Source of the DNA: Phallusia mammillata
Taxonomy: Eukaryota
Direction: 5' to 3'
DNA length: 64,000 nt
Assembly (NCBI GenBank): GCA_965637545.1
Contig: OZ281497.1
Location: 28,272,001 to 28,336,000, forward strand
Positions 37,556-49,800 of this stretch are shown one piece after another. Position 1 is the first letter of the stretch; every line of letters starts with the position of its first letter. The translations under genes and the position numbers were made by a program. The notes under the pieces are model-generated. The model did not search any database. It was not told the DNA's origin and saw nothing but the letters and a program-made list of their open reading frames with translations.

Positions 37556-38260
37556 TTGCACTATCAGATTTTGTTTGACAAAACAATCGCGCCAAATGTC
37601 GATAGCACGGAATGTTTTTAAATCTGAAACGAGTTTCATCCATTTTCACCCAAAATTTTCTTTAACCCATTTTTTTACCTTTTTTTGCCAGGTTACTCTT
37701 CAAGCCTTATTGAAAAGTAAATGTTTCCAATTTGCCTCCCTCATGTCACTGAAACTGTTCAGTACCGTTTTTCCTCTTAGCACCGATGTAAAAGGAAGAA
37801 GCCAAACCTAGAAAAATGTTTTGTTTGCAAATCATGATTAATATAACAAAGTCCTAAAATACTGAAGTAAGACTTTACTACAAAAAGACTGACATTAAGC
37901 ACGCTTTTAAACTGCTTTGATGGTTCAAAACACAAAACTAAAAAATCTTTCAAGCTGGTTTTGATATTAAGTCAACCTCTAAAAACGTTAAACAAGAACT
38001 AGGCTTCTGCCAAATACTAACGATTTCCAAATAAACTTGCGAAGGAAGAAGGCTTTAAAGTTTCCAACTAAGAAAAAAGAGCATCACATAAAACGAGGCG
38101 TTCACTGATTGTTGATACTCCAGGGACAGCACTGGAAGTAATTAGCAGCAAAATTTTGTGTCAAAGTGCTTGCCCAAGAATGCAACACGTAACAACTTCA
38201 TTAAACTTGTTGCGCGACACAAAGTGCGCTTTAGGTAGAACACTTCAACACCAAATGGAA
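37556..38260 (-). pseudogene. L11: third decayed copy of the L4/L8 CTLD subfamily (exon-2 relic 37556-37807)
   Basis: ctag|GT then GLASSFYIGAKRKNGTEQFQ*HEGGKLE...MDETRFRFKNIPCYRHLARLFCQ ending at a GTAAGT donor. A weak exon-1 relic lies near 38130-38260. Confidence 0.75.
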
Positions 38261-38545
38261 AACTGTTAAGTACAAATACGGATAAGCTTAATGCACGTCT
38301 ACTCTTCTAAATCGGGACACGATCTGTTCTACATTAAAAAAAATTGCAGCCACATTAGTTATAGATTTTTATCAAAACAAAAATTTGTATATACACATGT
38401 TTTATTGACATGAGCCAAGCTCGCCAAAAAATTAGCATCAACAGCCGCAGTTTGTGCCACTAATTTAGAACAAACACATGTTCGACCACTTGATGTCGCG
38501 GGAGATAAGTTTGCGAGAAACAGATTTTAAGCGATATATAATGGG

Positions 38546-38669
38546 GGCAGGAACTTGGCCGAATGGTCTTGCGCGCCTGACCCATATACAGACATAAAAA
38601 ACCTGATCGGGATTCGTCCCCGGGAGAGTCCTGGGTTCGAACCCCGTGAAAAAAAAAAAAAAAAAAAAA
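38546..38669 (+). mobile_element. Young tRNA-derived SINE or retroposed tRNA-like RNA with poly(A) tail and perfect 17-bp TSD
   Basis: A box TGGCCGAATGG and B box GGTTCGAACCC, then a run of 23 A. aagcgatatataatggg flanks both sides (38529-38545, 38670-38686). Confidence 0.9.
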
Positions 38670-39138
38670 AAGCGATATATAATGGGAAAGCATTTGACCC
38701 TATGTTCGAAGACAATACATTGTGAAAACAACAAGATCAGTACAAAAATGCACCGATGTAGCGCTGTTTATTTGCACGAGTTCAAATATCGAAAGACAAC
38801 ACCACAGAAAAGGCGAGATAGGACAGGTTGCAAACAGAAAAAGGCACGTGACGTATTGTGCGGTTCGGTTACGCATGGCTAAATAACGCAGTTGTGAAAA
38901 ACGCCTAGTTGTCGCCACACCGGTATAATAAAAAACACCGGGTTCCACACTCGTTCTGAATCGTAAAAAACAGACTGCAATGCACTGAAGTGAAACAACT
39001 GTTACTTTGACCCAAAATATACAAGCAAATACGGCGAAAACTTTTCAAAAATACATGGAAGTTAGTTACTACAAATGTACATAATAGTTCCACAAAAAAT
39101 CTTAATCTACAGATTTGAGTCAAACTTCATTTTTTTGT

Positions 39139-41253
39139 TCATTTGTGACGTCGTAATTCGTCATAGGCTGAATCCGATTCGTCATTAGGCCCCTGTCTGT
39201 TATCATAGATGTTAGATGGATTGCTGTCACTTGCAAATGGATCGTGGATTTCCACATGTTGAGATAGTTGCAAAGTGTCGTAACTGACTTCATTTAATTG
39301 ATTGTGATCGTATTTTCGAACATGTGATTGTTGTCCATTGTCGTGAACCTTTGTTGATCCTTTCGACTTTCTGACCTGAGCATAGACATCGCTGCTTCCC
39401 GCAACTGGCTGTGCAACATCGTCAAAGTGTTCTTGTCGAGGTTGCTGGATTTCGTCATAATGGTTGTCATGGATTTGGTGAAGTGAAAGCCGTTGTGTTG
39501 AATGGTTGGCGAAACTGTTTTCTTCAATTTGAGGAATGTTGTACGTTTCTTCGGGCTCAAAATTGTCACCTGCTTTGACAACATTAATTTTATCTTGTTT
39601 AATCATTTTGGTTCCGTAAACTGAAAAATCACTTTTTCAAATTAATAATGAGGAATTTGAGTAAAAAAGAACTACGTCAGGAAAGATCACTGACATGTTA
39701 ACACAAATAATGATTGTAACTAATATCAGAATATTACATATTTTCCTACCTCCTGTATTGTATTCAGCCACCACTACTTCCTTTAGGGGTTTGTTTCCCC
39801 TGTGAAAGTTAAAGGCAAATTACTTCCCGTAAGACGTTTAAAGACAAAGATGCATCAGCGCACGTAACAATTGTGAGTCAGAAAGTTTTGAAATCTTAAA
39901 CATTTATTTAAAATCTTCAACTTATATTTGTTATTGTACTACTTGTTTGCTAACGCTGTTTGTTCTTTCAAAATATTTTTCAATTACGTAAAAAACGTTG
40001 TGTTGTTACCTTTTCTTCTTGCGTGACGTAACAAAGAAAATGACGATACAGATTATGACTAATATGACGCATCCGCTTATTGCTGAAGCAATAATTGCTG
40101 TGTTGCCATTCGCTACTGCTGTAAAATCAGTAAATAAATTTAATTCTGGTTAGCCCGATAGATTTGGTTAAATCGTGTTACATTTGGTTGAAGCAAACCT
40201 TAAAAAAACAATGTTTGTTTACTCATACCCTGTGAATACGTGAATATCTGTAAATACTAGTTTTGATTTATTTTTGATCTGACAATGCTTTTTAAGTTTA
40301 TTTCTGCTTGCCTTGTGTTGTGTTGATGGTAACCGAACTTCTAGAAGCAAAGGTAAAAGTGGACAGGGGTAAAATGGTTGAGTGAGTGGATGGAAACGTA
40401 GAGGGACTGGTTAACTTGGTAGATGGTAATGATGTCGCGTCTGTCATCAAAACAAATTTATATTGTTCTCAGGATAAACCAAACCACTTTAATTTCGTCA
40501 TTTGTAAAACACTTTCTGATTGTAGCTTACTATATCTTTATGATAGGTTTATTTTGCTGTAAACAACTCAGAAAATATAGGTTTAGAGCTTTGGAGAAGT
40601 GTCATTCCAGCATTTTTCCACAACCTACCATGACCGTCGTTTGTTTACCTGAGACATTTTTCCGGCAAATGTATCTCGAATTGTAACTTGTGCAGTCTAC
40701 ATCATAAAGTTTGTGAGAAGGAACAAGATAAAATCCCATTGTTATGCAATCCTCAGTGCCCCTTACATTATTTGGTTGATTATAGCCCCACATGGAGCTT
40801 GGAACTGCAACTTCTGTTCCATCATTCCATTTAAACTTGTAAGCACCGACTCTTTTCGCGCCGATATACAGCGAGTAAGGGACATCTGATGGAAACAAAG
40901 TCAATGGTTCATTTATTTAAGAACTTGAAAAACAAGAGCTCTTTCTTGTCTGTGATATTTTGTTTAAGGCGCCAAATTTTAATAAATTAGCCAAAAGATA
41001 TTCCTATTTTTGCATTTTTGGACAAAAAATTGCCACCTGTAAGATTAGTTAGTTTTGTTAAAAATTCAAAGACTTTTTGAGTTTTAACGTATGTTAATTT
41101 AGCTTGCAGCGCAGAACATCTCATCTCTGCTTCAGCATATGAATTGACTGGAGTCATCTCGATGGAATATTGAAATCCATTGTATTTATGCCAAGTTCGT
41201 CCTTCAGCAGAAGCAGATAACCATGACACAAACATGACAACTATCAACTCCAT
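39139..41253 (-). CDS. L12: intact type I C-type lectin/mucin receptor with two canonical ITIMs (exons 41037-41253, 40649-40885, 40312-40440, 40010-40118, 39750-39799, 39139-39572)
   Basis: All exons are open and phase-consistent; intron 3 has a GC donor (CAAG|GCAAGC). CTLD: QPNN..EDC..LYDVDC..YIC. TM AIIASAISGCVILVIICIVIFFV-TSRKKKR. Tail has VSYDTL (39271-39288) and SAYDEL (39154-39171), plus YDEI, YAQV and YDN. Confidence 0.88.
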
Positions 41254-41844
41254 ATTTGTCCTGAAAGAAAAGATGAATTTGGTTGTACCACATGCTGTAC
41301 CATAGCTTTTCCAACAATTAAATAGTAAGGTTTTTACCCTTTAATTCGTAATCACGACAAACTATCAATGCCTATTGTAATCTAAACTTTATTTCGTTGT
41401 TACGTCTTTATCACAATTATAAGATGACATGTATGTATTAATGTGTTAATGCGCTTCAAAATAATCTTTTTAGGTATTAACATGCTACCTACAGTTTACC
41501 AAATACAAGACACCTCCCATACTACTGATAACAGACAATGTATGCACGACTAAGATTATAAAGGACCGATGAACGCATTTTACGCATACGCGGAAACTCT
41601 ATTGAGGTGACGTCATACCAATATCCTTGCCCCGTATGACAGGATTAATTGCTTTGCATCAAAATCAGAACTATGTTTGCTGCCTAAGTTTTGTTTAGGT
41701 TGTTGTTCGAGTACGTTTTACTTTTTGTAGTCGTTTTATCAGTTTGCTTGACGTCGAAATTATGTGCTATTTGTTATAAGAAGTTGTATATTTATTTTGG
41801 CATAATTTTCACTTTTATTTCTGTTTGTAACTTTTTTGTTGCGT

Positions 41845-44102
41845 CACAATTCATCGTAGGCTGAATCCGGTTTAGGGTCGCTTCTATTATCATAGATATT
41901 GGTTGGATTGCTGCCGCTAGCAGAATGAGCTTATACATCCACATTTTTAGATACAAGTGTCGTAACTGACTTCATACAATTGCTTGTGATCGTATTTTCC
42001 AACATGTGATTGTCGTGGACCTTTGTTGATTGTTTCAAATCCTGGATCTAAGAAATAAGTTTTTCTAACATTTGTATGAGAAATGTATTGATAACTTTAA
42101 AGTGTCAATCCCACAATAGTACAAATAACTGATCATTATAATAAGGTTTTTCGGCAAGCAACGAGAAAATTCCGGCTAAAACTCAGCTATTGTTTGGTCC
42201 ACCAAAATTATTAACTGGTTGTTTTATAATGCAATTAAAATGCCTGAAAAAAACGAACTAATAAAAATAAACTCTCATGGGTATACATAATATGTGCAGA
42301 ACAAATCTAACATATGACAAACTGACCAAAAGAAAATCTTGATGATGATATGCAAACATATACATAGTACATACATCTTAGTTGTTGTCAAAACTGTTTT
42401 GCATAGAAATGTGAGACATAAAATGTTTCAGTGTATATGTTACAAAATTATTTCGGTAGATTTGGGAATTCGAGCAAAAGATCTTCAAGTGGCAATATTA
42501 AATTCCCATCGACCTCTTATGCATGATTCTATATCTTGCACCATAACTGCCCCCCTAATTCAGAAACCGCCCAAACCCGTCCAGAACGGCCCACCACTAA
42601 GCCAGAGAAGGACTTTTGAAGCCTTCGATAAAACAAAAAAAACATTTGCACGAAACAACTCGATCACAAGGATCACAAGCGGAGTTCACTATTGGGCGCT
42701 TTGCTTAGATAAAACGACAAAAAATATTTGCATAATACAACTCGTATTTCCTAATTCAACCAGTTAATTTAAAAAGTTCCACATAATTTAAAGTAAACGC
42801 CAGTAAAACACGACAAAAAGCACATCCGGTTAACGATATGAACAATCAAGTGTAAATTAATGACAGGAAAGAGGAGATCATAAAGAAACGAAGAAAAAGC
42901 CACGATTACAGTGTAAAACAAATAAGTAAATAGTGTGTGATAAAAAAGGTAAATGGCCAAAAAGTGAAAATATGAGTGACAACGCAAACCAATAAAACTC
43001 AAGAATTACAGAGTAAAAAATGTTGTTGGTAAAGATACACAATATATATCATTACAAACGAAGCGATTATAAGTACAAGTAGGTGTGTGAAAATAAAGTA
43101 ATCGAATAGCAAATAATTAACAAAAGGCGACAGTGCTAAATATTAGTAAAAGCCAAAAAAAGCAACAAATGTAAAAAGTAATCAAATATAGCTGCCATTT
43201 GTAATTAATTGTACTTTTGAAGACTTTTAATATGCTTGACAGTCAGTCCTTCAGATACTATTGATCTCACACCTGTATCTAAGTTATTTCCTTAATCCAA
43301 ACTCGGATAAAAGTATTCAAAAATGTATGCGACCCTAAATCACACACTACCACATCGACAGTTACTTATTTGACAAGAGCTTTCTGATCTATTAGCCTGC
43401 AACCTGGAAGCTTTCCGTCCAAGCTAATCGAACCAAAAGTTTCTGAAATCTAAATTGCAGCAAGCATGCACTGAGTACCAACTATAAAATAAGAATGACA
43501 CGCAGTTCCAAAGCACGATGTGCGCCTTAAGAAATACTATTGTCAGTAACAGGCATGTTGCCATCAGCCACTTGTGCTATGACACACACAACAAATTAGA
43601 ACCAACGCACACACGCAAAAAATGCGACAGTAGGTAAACATTATCGATGTTGAACAGGTTAAAATGTCGTAAACGGTTGTATTACTCATTTTCCTAAGGT
43701 TTTGTAAATTAATAACATATATTGCTAACATTTCACCTGGTGGACTTTCAGTTTGAGAAATAAAAAGCCTGTTTAAAGGATTGTTTACTTTATAAACTAA
43801 AGTACCTATACTGCAGAAATGTAAAATATTGACAAAACTTACTTTTTATTGCATGTATTGTCATCACGATTTCACTAAACCAAGTTCGTGCTTTTTCAGT
43901 TGACTTCAAGCACTTGCAGCTAAATTTGTAGCAAACTGAAAACTGCTGGTTTATCTTTCGCGTCACCGCTGTTTGCAACACTGTTTTCCTAATTACTTCG
44001 GCGAAACTGCCTTGCGTTGCGAACTGAAGGCACAAGAACATATCGACAAAATCATATTCGCTTCATAAAGCTGCGACCGATTGTGTAGTTGGTACTCAGT
44101 AT
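41845..44102 (-). pseudogene. 3' remnant of a further paralogue (tail-exon relic ~41845-42047; possible exons 43737-43768 and 43997-44102)
   Basis: The tail relic clearly matches L12 (QSHVGKYDHKQLYEVSYDT; frameshifted NIYDNR..DSAYDEL). The two upstream candidate exons have the right phases (1-2, 2-1) but weak sequence similarity. Confidence 0.55.
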
Positions 44103-46776
44103 CTTGTTAAAGCAGGATCTTGGGGTCTCGCCACTTTGGAACTAGATTATAACAGCCTGTTGCATTGAATGTCGGTGTGTGATCGAAATTGTTTACAACA
44201 AAATTACGTTCTATTCCCACCAAGCAAAGAAAACTTGTATGCTAATGAGGCTATACCTCATGAATTGTGAAGCAGCTCTTTATCTCAAGCTCATCCCGAA
44301 TAAGGAAACACAAAGCAGTGCTTCGGTTTTATATATACACATGAGAAATTGATCATTTCAAAACACGCATATTAAATGCAAAAAGAAATGGACCAAACTA
44401 ACCTAGTAAGTTAGTGTCCACCTGCAAAAGTAAACACGTTTATGGTTTGAGGCAGTAAACTTTACCTGATTTGCGAAACACATTTTGTTGTGCCTTCGCT
44501 TTTTCGTAGTGGTTCTCGACGTGAGATGTGCAGTTAACGATTTTAGACATACCGATCAATGGTGCGCACTTAGGTATAAAAAGTTTGACAAATAATGACT
44601 TAACGTTTTTACTGTTTCGCTTTCTGGCAGTAATTTTAAAACTTTATTAAACCTTGTCTCAAACCTGAAAAGCAGATTAAAATCCGAACTTTGTTTCTTC
44701 ACACGTAAATCCAGACCCATAATATGTTTGTTTGTTGCGAACTCTCAACTTGTATGCAGTTTTATCACCCCCGTACTTTATAACATTCCTTAAAAGACTG
44801 CTTTTTAACGTCAATGCGATACGGAGTCTCGTTGCATCTCAAATCACGAGCTACAGCTCATTTGCATACAAGTTTTGTCGCTTGGTGGAGACAATGTGCA
44901 GTTCAGCAAATTTTGCAACCTGGCTATGTGAGCTAATGCGACAGAAATGACCGAGATTCGTTTTCAGTGAATTAGGATAAAAAAAACAAGACCTCCAATA
45001 CAACCCAGCAGGCAAACTTATAATTCAGTTTTCGTTGGATGCTCAGAACAAGCAACTCTATATGTCGATGATTTTGGTACATCTTGTATCACAAACAGTT
45101 TCTGTTACTACTTGTAAGTTATTGTATTGTGATGTTGTAAATATATTCTCAAAAGTTGTGTGTTTGTTTGGAGGTGACTATTTCAAACTGCAACAAATTA
45201 ACAAGCAATTCATATTGTATAAATTAAGTATTTAATACTCCGTTCTGTTACAAAATTGCTAATCTTTCTACTTATTCAGTGACACGACATTGTTTTTTTT
45301 CACCAGATACTTCTCATTGGCATTCCACGTGTTGTATGTCTGGAGCATACGTTTTGTCTACTGAGAATAAGAGAAAGGCTTAGCTTAGCAACCAGACGTG
45401 GTGCGAGAAAAAATATGGCGGTTTCCGTTTGCTATAATTTCGATTGCAAGCGCTTGATGTCGACTAAGAATGCTCAAACTTGGTTGAGTGATGGAATCAC
45501 GAAGAAGACAAGATGCAAAGTAAGTTTTGTACTTATGTGTGCTGTGGGCAATTTAACACTGTTACAATGAAATGCTGAAAGTCAATCTAGTTTGTGACTG
45601 TTTAAGTTTTGTTGATATTGTTGTTCATATATGGCGACGCAAGCTGATTGAAGATTATTCAGGGAACTCTGAACATTGTTCGCTGAGCCACGTGTTGTGT
45701 ACCTGACTCTTATGTATGTTGTGTATATTATTAACCAGCATTGTGGTAACTGTTTTGTGGAACTGTTAGGATTAGTTTCGATTACGACTTAACCAAAAAA
45801 AACTATTAATTATTTGCTTGGTAAAATGGTTTGTAAACCCCGAAATTATTTGAATTTGCGAAAACTTTGTCATTTCTCTTATTTCTTTGCAGTTTAGCGT
45901 TTTGTTAAAAAACGACGGTTAACGGTTGACTAAACAGTGTTGACGTGGTGCAGCGATCGTAGTAAACTCCCAATGTTTGCTGGCACTGAAATGGTGTTGA
46001 AACGCTCGAAAAGCTCGTATGTTATCGATGTAATGCTAAAAACTTTCAAAGCGCCGCATCTTGATTTACTCAAACCTTTCGGAGTCACATTCATAGCTAT
46101 AGCGAAATTTTTAAGCTCTTTTTTATGGGTTTGGCCGGAACTGAAATCGGCAGTTTTGCCGAGAAAATTCGGCAGGATCAACCGAATCATTTATGACCTC
46201 ACGTGAAGTCTGTAGCTAATTTGACACTAAAACATAAGTTTTTCTAACAAACAATGGTGTTACACAGCAGTATAGTTTTGTTTCATTAATCTTAGTTCTG
46301 AGGGGTTTAAGTTTGTCTCGACCATTGTTGCCAGCCTGCTAAAGTACTGACGTTTTTGTCTCAAGTGGATAAAACGATGATGTTTCAACTCATAATAGTT
46401 AACACGATTTTAGGTTTGTCATAGTTTGAACGATGTGGTAATAAAAGCATGGCTTGAAAGAAGATTAGTTGTGGTGCCATTATTCAGCAAAAAATCTTGA
46501 TTTCTGCCGAATTGCGACAAATTATAATCGGCCGAAACCGAATCATTGCAAAAATGGCACATTCCGCCGAATAAATTAGGCAAACCGAACATCTCTTGTT
46601 GTGGCATTAAAAACAAGACCAGATTGTGCGCAAACAACTACATTCTTTGTTATTTGTAATAGAATTAGGAAGCATTGATCAGCATATCAGAGAGATTGTT
46701 GACCCGTAAGCTCTTGGATGGTACAACTAAAGCACAATGGATCATGGACTATAGTTTGACTATCGCTGGTCTAGAG

Positions 46777-46878
46777 GAGTGGTTTTCAACTATTTTTACG
46801 TAGTTGCGTTTCCGCAACCTTCTCAAAAGTGCTTGGCGACCCCTTTGAGGTTCGCGACCCCCAGGCTTAGAAACACTG
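46777..46878. mobile_element. ~100-bp hAT (Charlie-like) MITE with perfect 8-bp TSD
   Basis: GTCTAGAG at 46769-46776 and 46879-46886. Imperfect TIRs gagtggttttcaac / gcttagaaacactg. Confidence 0.85.
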
Positions 46879-46899
46879 GTCTAGAGCTATCATAGTAAT

Positions 46900-49800
46900 A
46901 TACCCCATTTAATGAGAATTTGAAATAAAACGACATATTTTCACACATTTTTCTGCGACTTGTGTGGAGTGCAGTTTCAAGGTATATAAAAGCACAGGTG
47001 CTCTTAAGACCGCTGGTTTCCAAAACCCTGATTTCGGGCATTTTTGCCCAATATCACCGAACTTGTGTGGTTATTTATTTGGAGGTTATTTTGGTGAAAT
47101 GTTGAGTTGTGTTCCGCGGTTACTAGTAGTTCGAAAAGTGGCTCAAAAAAATTGTGAGTTGGAGACCCCTGGTGTAGATAAATTGAAGTGTGTCTGATAA
47201 ATTTGATAATGTTTGAATCTTGTATGTGCAGCTCGTCCATCTGTGACCCACTCTTTATATGTTGCGTTGTCTCGTTGTGACAACAACCAAATAATAGCAA
47301 GGGCAAAATATGAGCCGTATGTTCCAATCGAACAAAAAGTAACTTAACAACAAAACAGAACGCTTCACATGTCAAATATACTTTGCTTTGGTTACTTGCT
47401 CAAACAAAACTCTGAAACAGCTGTTTTGTGTAAAGTCGATTGCGACAAGAAATTAAACCATTGCACGGCTATACGCGACGCGACAGACACAATTCGTTTT
47501 TGTAAAATTTACTGCTGTAAAACACTTGAACCCTGGTGGCACTAACAATGAGTGTAATAATACAACACAAATTACATGCCGTTACATTAAAATTTGAGTA
47601 GCGTATTTATAATTAAAAGAGTATAAAAACGGTGATTTTTTTATTACGTGTTTAGGTGTTCGCGGCAAGTGAAAATACTTTAGGAACACTTTGCCTTATT
47701 TCACTTGATAGTTGCATAATATTGACACTTGATTTGTTTTGTTTAGTCACAGCTGTTTTTCCTGTCAAAAGTATTTTGAACCACTAACACTAGACGAAAA
47801 AAGATTTACGCACGGAATCTAGTATTGATACCATAATTATTGTCAAGTGATAAAAATCATTTTCTTTTCCTCCACTCGCATTAACCAACGGATCGTTTCT
47901 CGATGTTTCGCCACCGAATGCTTAAAATAGTTTGCAACAAAAAGGGCTTTGTTGTTTTCAGTGGGCGTTTTCTTCCCTCGACCGGTTTTTTTGCAGTCTG
48001 TTGCAAACAATGCGACGCCATGTCTGCGCACGTACGAAAAAAATTCCTGCTAACGGTTCATACCTTTGATTCGTGAAAAACCACTTGTTTTCGAAAACCT
48101 CTCTTTCGTAACCGCTAAATTAGACATGCTGAGCGCAAGAAAAAAATCCACGATACGAAGGCCTATACTGTGGTTGTCTTGTAAGCAACGCCGCCACAAA
48201 AATGTGTGTGCAAATGTTCGGAGCAAATGTAAATTCTTCTCCGCCACTTGGTCTGGATTTATTGATCAGTAATGCTTTTTTAGGTGACGTTACTTTATAA
48301 CTGGACAAAGGATATGTTTTGTATCGTCAAACGTTTTTGACTGTAAAAATACTTCGAACCACACTAACATCAGATGTAAAGAAGATACAAGCACGAGAAA
48401 AATGGATGTATTTTATGTTGTGGCGACGTTACTGGAACGCTTAACTTAAAAACCTAGTTTCAATTTCTCAGTACTGTATTCATTGTCAAGTCAAAAATAA
48501 GCCGTTTTTATTTTTCTTTACTCGCACCAACTAACAGATCGTTTTCCCAATTCTACCACACCGAAGGTTTAAAATATTTTGCAATCAATAACGCGTTGTG
48601 GTTTTCAAAGGTAGTTTTCAGAGGGTGTTTTCTTCCCCCACCCACTTGTTACAGTTCGCTGCAAACAATGCGAATTCTCACGCGATGTTTCAGGACGTTC
48701 TCAGAAAATTCCTGCTGACCGTTCAACCGTTTTATTCGTGGAAAGCTAGTTGTTTTTGAAATCCTTCCATTTGAAGCCGTTAAATTGGCCTTGCTGTTGT
48801 GACTTGTTATTGCACTACAATTTAAAACATTTCCAGCAAATATTGAGGCACATGGTATAAAGTAGATTTGCGCAATCTATTCACCAAATGTTGCAAAAAG
48901 CATAAAGGAGGTTAATGAAATAAACCATCATGAAATTGCAATGAAGAAAACAAACTGATAAAAACCTAGAGAGAGATACCCAATTTAATGGTAATTTGAA
49001 AATACGACATATTTTTCACACTTTTTTCTGCGACTTGTGTGGAGTGCAGTATCAAGGTATATAAAAGCACATGTGCTCTTAAGACCGCTGGTTTTCTAAA
49101 CCCTGATTTCGGTTATTTTTATACAATAACACCGAACTTTTGTGGTTGTTTATTTGGGTGTTATTTTAGTGAAATGTTGAGTTGTATTCCGCAGCTTCTT
49201 GGTAGTTCGAAAAGTGGCGCAGCAAAAATATGGAGTTGGAGACCCCTGGTGTAGATCAATTGTGTGTTTGATGCAAAGACCAAAGGGTGTTTGATGCAAA
49301 CTGATAAAGGTTGAATCTTGTATGTGCAGCTCGTTCATCTGTGACCAACTTTATATGTTGCGTTGTCTCGTTGTGACATTAACCGAATATCAGCAAGGGC
49401 AAGTTATGTACTGTACGTTTCAATCGAACAAAATGGTAACTTAACAACAAAACAGAACGCTTTACATGTCAAATATACTTTGCTTTGATTACTTGCTCAA
49501 ACAAAAACTCTTTTGTACAAACTCCACGCGACGCGACTGCGCGCGACGCGACACTTCGAAAACCCACGTTGAACCCAGGTGGCACTAACAGTAAGTCAAA
49601 AAATACAATACAAATTGCATGCGGGTACGTTTAAATTGGTGTAATGAATTTATAATTACTTTTTTTTATTATGGTGATTTTTTATTAAGTGTTTTGTTGT
49701 TCAAATACTTTAGAAACAATTTGCTACTTACATTTGCTAGTTGTTGACACTTCGTTTGTTTTTTTCAGAGCTTTTTTTCCTGTCAAAAGTATTTTGAACC

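Noticed and set aside
38546-38648. Functional tRNA gene
   Set aside because: No 3' acceptor stem; the poly(A) tail and 17-bp TSD indicate a retroposed copy.
42339-43002. ORFs 42339-42767 (+) and 42769-43002 (-)
   Set aside because: No recognisable motifs, composition follows A/T-rich strand bias, and part matches intergenic DNA at 20920-21170.
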